From a virus (taxonomy: Duplodnaviria > Caudoviricetes): a stretch of 38,730 bases of DNA. Shown piece after piece: positions 36,982-38,730 of this stretch. A program made the position numbers and the translations under genes. Location of the stretch: positions 1 through 38,730 of the IMG/VR virus record IMGVR_UViG_3300027830_000004. The stretch is one strand, 5' to 3'. Under the pieces are notes generated by a model, which worked only from the letters and a program-made list of their open reading frames with translations, was not told the origin of the DNA and searched no databases. Every line of letters begins with the position of its first letter. Within the stretch, counting starts at the first letter, position 1.

Positions 36982-38496
36982 ATGGCAGATAGATATCCAT
37001 TAATTGTAAACTCAAGCACAAGTAAAATACAAGAGTTACCTGCTGGTGGTAATGTTAATTTACATAATAGTGGCATTGTAAATGCAGGAGTTATAACTGC
37101 AACTGGATTTGATGGTCCGATAATTGCTGGTGCTGGAAGTAGTAATATTGTTGCTGGTATTAATACAACATCAAGTATGCGTGTTGGTGGTGATACATCT
37201 TTCTCGGAAGATTTAGTTGTCACTGGTACTTCAAGAGTTACTGGTATATTAACTGTTGGCACAGGTTCACTTACGATAACAGACAGAGATGTTAATGCTG
37301 CTGGTGTTGTGACTTGTGGAAACTTTAAAACTGGTTCTACAAATGTTCATAGTGTAGGAATTGAAGCGGCTGCAATAAATTCTTTAGGTGCTGATACACC
37401 TATTGGAGCAGGTTCAACGATTTACAATAGTGGTTCTGCAGTATTCACTGGAATTGTAACTGCTGCAGCATTAGAAGTTGCTGGAAATATAACTGTTGGT
37501 GGGGTTTTAACATATAATGATGTGAAAAATGTTGATTCGATTGGTGTTATAACTGCAAGAAGTAATATTAGTGCATTAGGAAATATAATTGGTGATGGTG
37601 CGACAAATATATCTGGAATGAATAATTTTACTGCTACAACTCTTTATGGTAGTGGTGCTGACCTTTCAGGTATCGATGCGACTCAAATATTTACAGGTAA
37701 TACAAGTGTCCAAACAGTAGATACAGGTTCTGATGGTCATGTAAAATTCACAACAGAAGGTAGTGAAAGATTAAGAGTATCAAAGGACGGTGCCATAGGA
37801 TTAGGTGGTGCAAACTATGGTTCATCAGGTCAAGTAATTCATAGTCAAGGTTCAGGTTCCGCTGCAGTATGGTCAACATTCCAAGGTGTACCATCTGGTG
37901 TAATTATGATGTGGTCTGGTGCAGAGGGTGCAATACCATCAGGTTGGTATCTATGTAATGGTTCAAACAGCACTCCAGATTTAAGAAATAAATTTATAGT
38001 TGGTTCTGGTACTGGTTCTTCATATTCAATTGGTGCTACAGGTGGTTCTAATACTGTGACTCTATCTACATCCCAGATTGCAGCACACAGTCACACAACT
38101 AATAATCACAATCACTCTGCAAGTGTTTCAGATCCTGGTCACGGACATTCTCTATCCGATCCTGGTCACGGTCATAGTATGTCAATTTCAGATCCTGGTC
38201 ACTCACACAATACGTCAGTAACTGGAGCGAAACTCTTTCCAGGTAATGGTGGTGCCCACGTACCTTATGGAGGAGGTGGAGGATATCCAGGTACTCATTT
38301 TAATATGAGTAATGCAAATACAGGAATAAGTATGAGTGCATCGAGTGCGAATACTGGAGTTAGTGCAGGGAATGCAAACACAAGTTTAAGTGTTTCTACA
38401 GGAAATGCTAATCCCTCTACCAATAATACTGGTGGCGGTAGTGCTCACGAGAACAGACCCCCATATTATGCACTTTGCTATATTATGAAGTCATGA
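36982..38496 (+). CDS. Tail fibre with a phage tail collar domain and His-x-His tip, copy B, 504 aa
   Basis: Collinear paralog of the 35458 gene with the same length; GAGGT SD. Confidence 0.9.
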   Translation: MADRYPLIVNSSTSKIQELPAGGNVNLHNSGIVNAGVITATGFDGPIIAGAGSSNIVAGINTTSSMRVGGDTSFSEDLVVTGTSRVTGILTVGTGSLTITDRDVNAAGVVTCGNFKTGSTNVHSVGIEAAAINSLGADTPIGAGSTIYNSGSAVFTGIVTAAALEVAGNITVGGVLTYNDVKNVDSIGVITARSNISALGNIIGDGATNISGMNNFTATTLYGSGADLSGIDATQIFTGNTSVQTVDTGSDGHVKFTTEGSERLRVSKDGAIGLGGANYGSSGQVIHSQGSGSAAVWSTFQGVPSGVIMMWSGAEGAIPSGWYLCNGSNSTPDLRNKFIVGSGTGSSYSIGATGGSNTVTLSTSQIAAHSHTTNNHNHSASVSDPGHGHSLSDPGHGHSMSISDPGHSHNTSVTGAKLFPGNGGAHVPYGGGGGYPGTHFNMSNANTGISMSASSANTGVSAGNANTSLSVSTGNANPSTNNTGGGSAHENRPPYYALCYIMKS

Positions 38497-38502
38497 TATA
38501 AT
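38475..38502 (+). promoter_or_regulatory. Possible sigma70-type promoter for glutaredoxin
   Basis: TTGCTA (38475-80), 16-bp spacer, TGn-extended TATAAT (38497-502). Confidence 0.5.
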
Positions 38503-38543
38503 AAGAAAACATTAAATTTATAAATCATTATTTAACAAGACAT

Positions 38544-38730
38544 ATGAACTTTGCAGTTTATTCAAAAGAGAGTTGCCCATATTGTGAAAAGATAAAACAA
38601 GTCTTAGACTTGACAAAAACCAGTTATGTAGTGTATAATTTAAATGAACACTTTGATCGTAATTCATTTGAGGATGAATTTGGTCAAGGATCAACCTTCC
38701 CACAAGTGGTGGTTGATGGTAAAAAACTAG
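38544..38730 (+). CDS. Glutaredoxin, 3'-truncated (absent from the ORF track)
   Basis: Hand translation gives MNFAVYSKESCPYCEKIKQVL...GSTFPQVVVDGKKL, with a CPYC active site and the TFPQV cis-Pro motif; the frame runs off the window. Confidence 0.92.
   Translation, partial: MNFAVYSKESCPYCEKIKQVLDLTKTSYVVYNLNEHFDRNSFEDEFGQGSTFPQVVVDGKKL
38610..38639 (+). promoter_or_regulatory. Internal sigma70-type promoter within glutaredoxin
   Basis: TTGACA (38610-15), 18-bp spacer, TATAAT (38634-39). Confidence 0.6.

Noticed and set aside
35458-38496. Diversity-generating retroelement template/variable repeat pair
   Set aside because: Differences between the copies are largely synonymous and not adenine-specific, both copies are intact genes, and no reverse transcriptase is in the window.
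699-38703. All minus-strand ORFs and short alternative-frame plus-strand ORFs in the track (e.g. 3660-4226, 27094-27582, 38518-38703)
   Set aside because: They overlap well-supported + strand genes and are Pro/Val/Thr-rich mirror translations of Gly/Thr codon repeats, with no motifs or expression signals.
1-38730. Bacterial adhesin/autotransporter locus
   Set aside because: No signal peptides or beta-barrel translocators were seen; T4-type late promoters, tail collar, S74 and tail chaperones indicate phage.

Overview
AT-rich, densely coding window with every credible gene on the + strand. It reads as the virion tail/fibre region of a large T4-like marine cyanomyovirus (Prochlorococcus/Synechococcus phage type). 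That assignment is inferred from repeated (A/C)TAAATA late-promoter motifs, cyanophage-style fibre repeats, two 2OG-Fe(II) oxygenases and a glutaredoxin. About 13-14 fibre-like genes are built from one shared set of short modules (DVDGHTNLDN, LTYEDVxxxDSxG, GSNIxLGNAG, ERLRITSxG, TINNNADNR and others), and most end in a different C-terminal domain: S74 auto-chaperone, LamG, C1q-like, CBM-like or collar/HxH tip. Many are followed by a cognate small chaperone or adhesin gene and preceded by a conserved promoter-leader element. A subtilisin (S8) protease, two oxygenases and a small early gene with a perfect sigma70 promoter are interspersed. Two credible genes are missing from the supplied ORF track: a 53-aa chaperone-like gene at 26498-26659 and a glutaredoxin from 38544 to the edge. 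The strongest candidate for an undescribed system is a modular cassette array of receptor-binding fibres with DNA-level conserved junction repeats (GAAAGACTTCGCATCACATC) and matched N-/C-terminal docking motifs. No recombinase, reverse transcriptase, tRNA or CRISPR array was seen. All domain calls are by-eye motif recognition, not database searches.
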